Below are positions 40,234-41,190 of a stretch of DNA of 41,190 nucleotides, piece by piece (position 1 is the first letter of the stretch; the number at the start of each line of letters is the position of its first letter). This DNA comes from Proteromonas lacertae. Its lineage: Eukaryota. Location: positions 62,001 to 103,190 of the forward strand of contig NGBS01000892.1 in the NCBI GenBank assembly GCA_002245135.1, written 5' to 3'. The notes under the pieces are model-generated. The model was given only the letters and a program-made list of their open reading frames with translations. It was not told where the DNA came from and searched no databases. A program made the translations under genes and the position numbers.

Positions 40234-41190
40234 ATGAAATTTATTAAAGATTTAATTAACAAATTCCCAAGAATAGTATCCTTAAAGCCAATTATCTTAA
40301 ATAATTCTATAATCCTAACAGATAATGCTTTAAAAGAATACAAATGTGCAGATGATGTTATTGGTACATTCAAAAATAAAAATATATATATATCCACAAA
40401 TGATCAACATACAGTAATTACATATATACGTTATAACATAATACTAATAATAGATTCATCATACATAAGTACAGAAGTAATAAGAATATTTATAACTCCA
40501 TTATTATACCAAAAAGATATTTTGTTTTATGTTGATGACTATGTTGATGATTTTTTGAAGATTTTCTATTTTTAGTAAATATAGTTTATAGTTATAATAT
40601 ACATATGGATAATATGCTAAATAAGATAATTAAAGTATTCAATAACATAAAGAAGAAATTCAAATTTACTTTCAGAAGAATAGTTAAAAAAGTATTACAA
40701 GAAATTCAGGATATCTTCGAAATACATGAAACAATGGTAAAAAAAAAGAAAAATAGAAGATAATCAAATATTTAGTATGTTGTATTATCCACAGTTATAC
40801 AATAATAAACCATTAATCGATTTATCAATAATATTATCATCAAATATAAGTTCTATTAATATTAATACATTGGAATATAATAAAAACAACTATACTTCCA
40901 TAAATTTTTCAGGAATAGAAAAAATACAATTAATGATGTGATGAAGTTAATTGAGAATAACAGATATATATTAGTTAGTTATCCATATTATAATGAGAAG
41001 GTAATGATAAAAAAAAATTCTTTCATATAGTTATATAATTGAAAGGAAAGGTAAATCAGTGAAATTTGAAAGTAATAAAGATATTAAACTCTACCAAGAA
41101 ATCAAAAATATATTGGAAAAAGAAGAATCAATTAAAATAGATTATATAATCCAATACATATATGAAGGTATAGAAAAGTATGTCCCATTA
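40234..41190 (+). CDS. Hypothetical spliced gene, possibly partial or degenerate
   Basis: ORF 40234-40575 plus downstream purine-rich coding-like segments with possible short introns. No recognisable motif. Confidence 0.35.

Overview
Very AT-rich, gene-dense eukaryotic (protist) DNA with many tiny GT..AG introns of about 23-48 nt. The intron style and the Ig-like/PA14-like surface protein suggest a Blastocystis-like stramenopile, which is inference only. The main feature is missing from the ORF track: one minus-strand reading frame starting at ATG 12228, with a 23-nt intron, then staying open from 12196 to the window edge (>4,060 aa, no stop in the window). It encodes a giant signal-peptide protein of five ~790-805 aa modules. 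Each module has near-identical Ig-like 'arms' flanking a hypervariable PA14-like cassette with framework/loop organisation, and the copies show patchwork sequence exchange. This is a candidate diversifying adhesin or antigenic-variation system. The rest of the window holds a head-to-head pair of IQ + C2HC zinc-finger paralogs, an Asteroid/XPG-like PIN protein, a 7TM-RGS receptor, a coiled-coil protein and an amino-acid transporter. It also holds two EF-hand paralogs with apparent lesions, a small CxxC protein, the PP2A A subunit, an LRR protein and a divergent GNAT/DyP-peroxidase pair. The last genes are a GT31 glycosyltransferase, a Sel1 protein, a G-alpha and a ubiquitin-like-domain protein. 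No RNA genes, CRISPR array or mobile element could be supported. All translations and alignments were done by eye.
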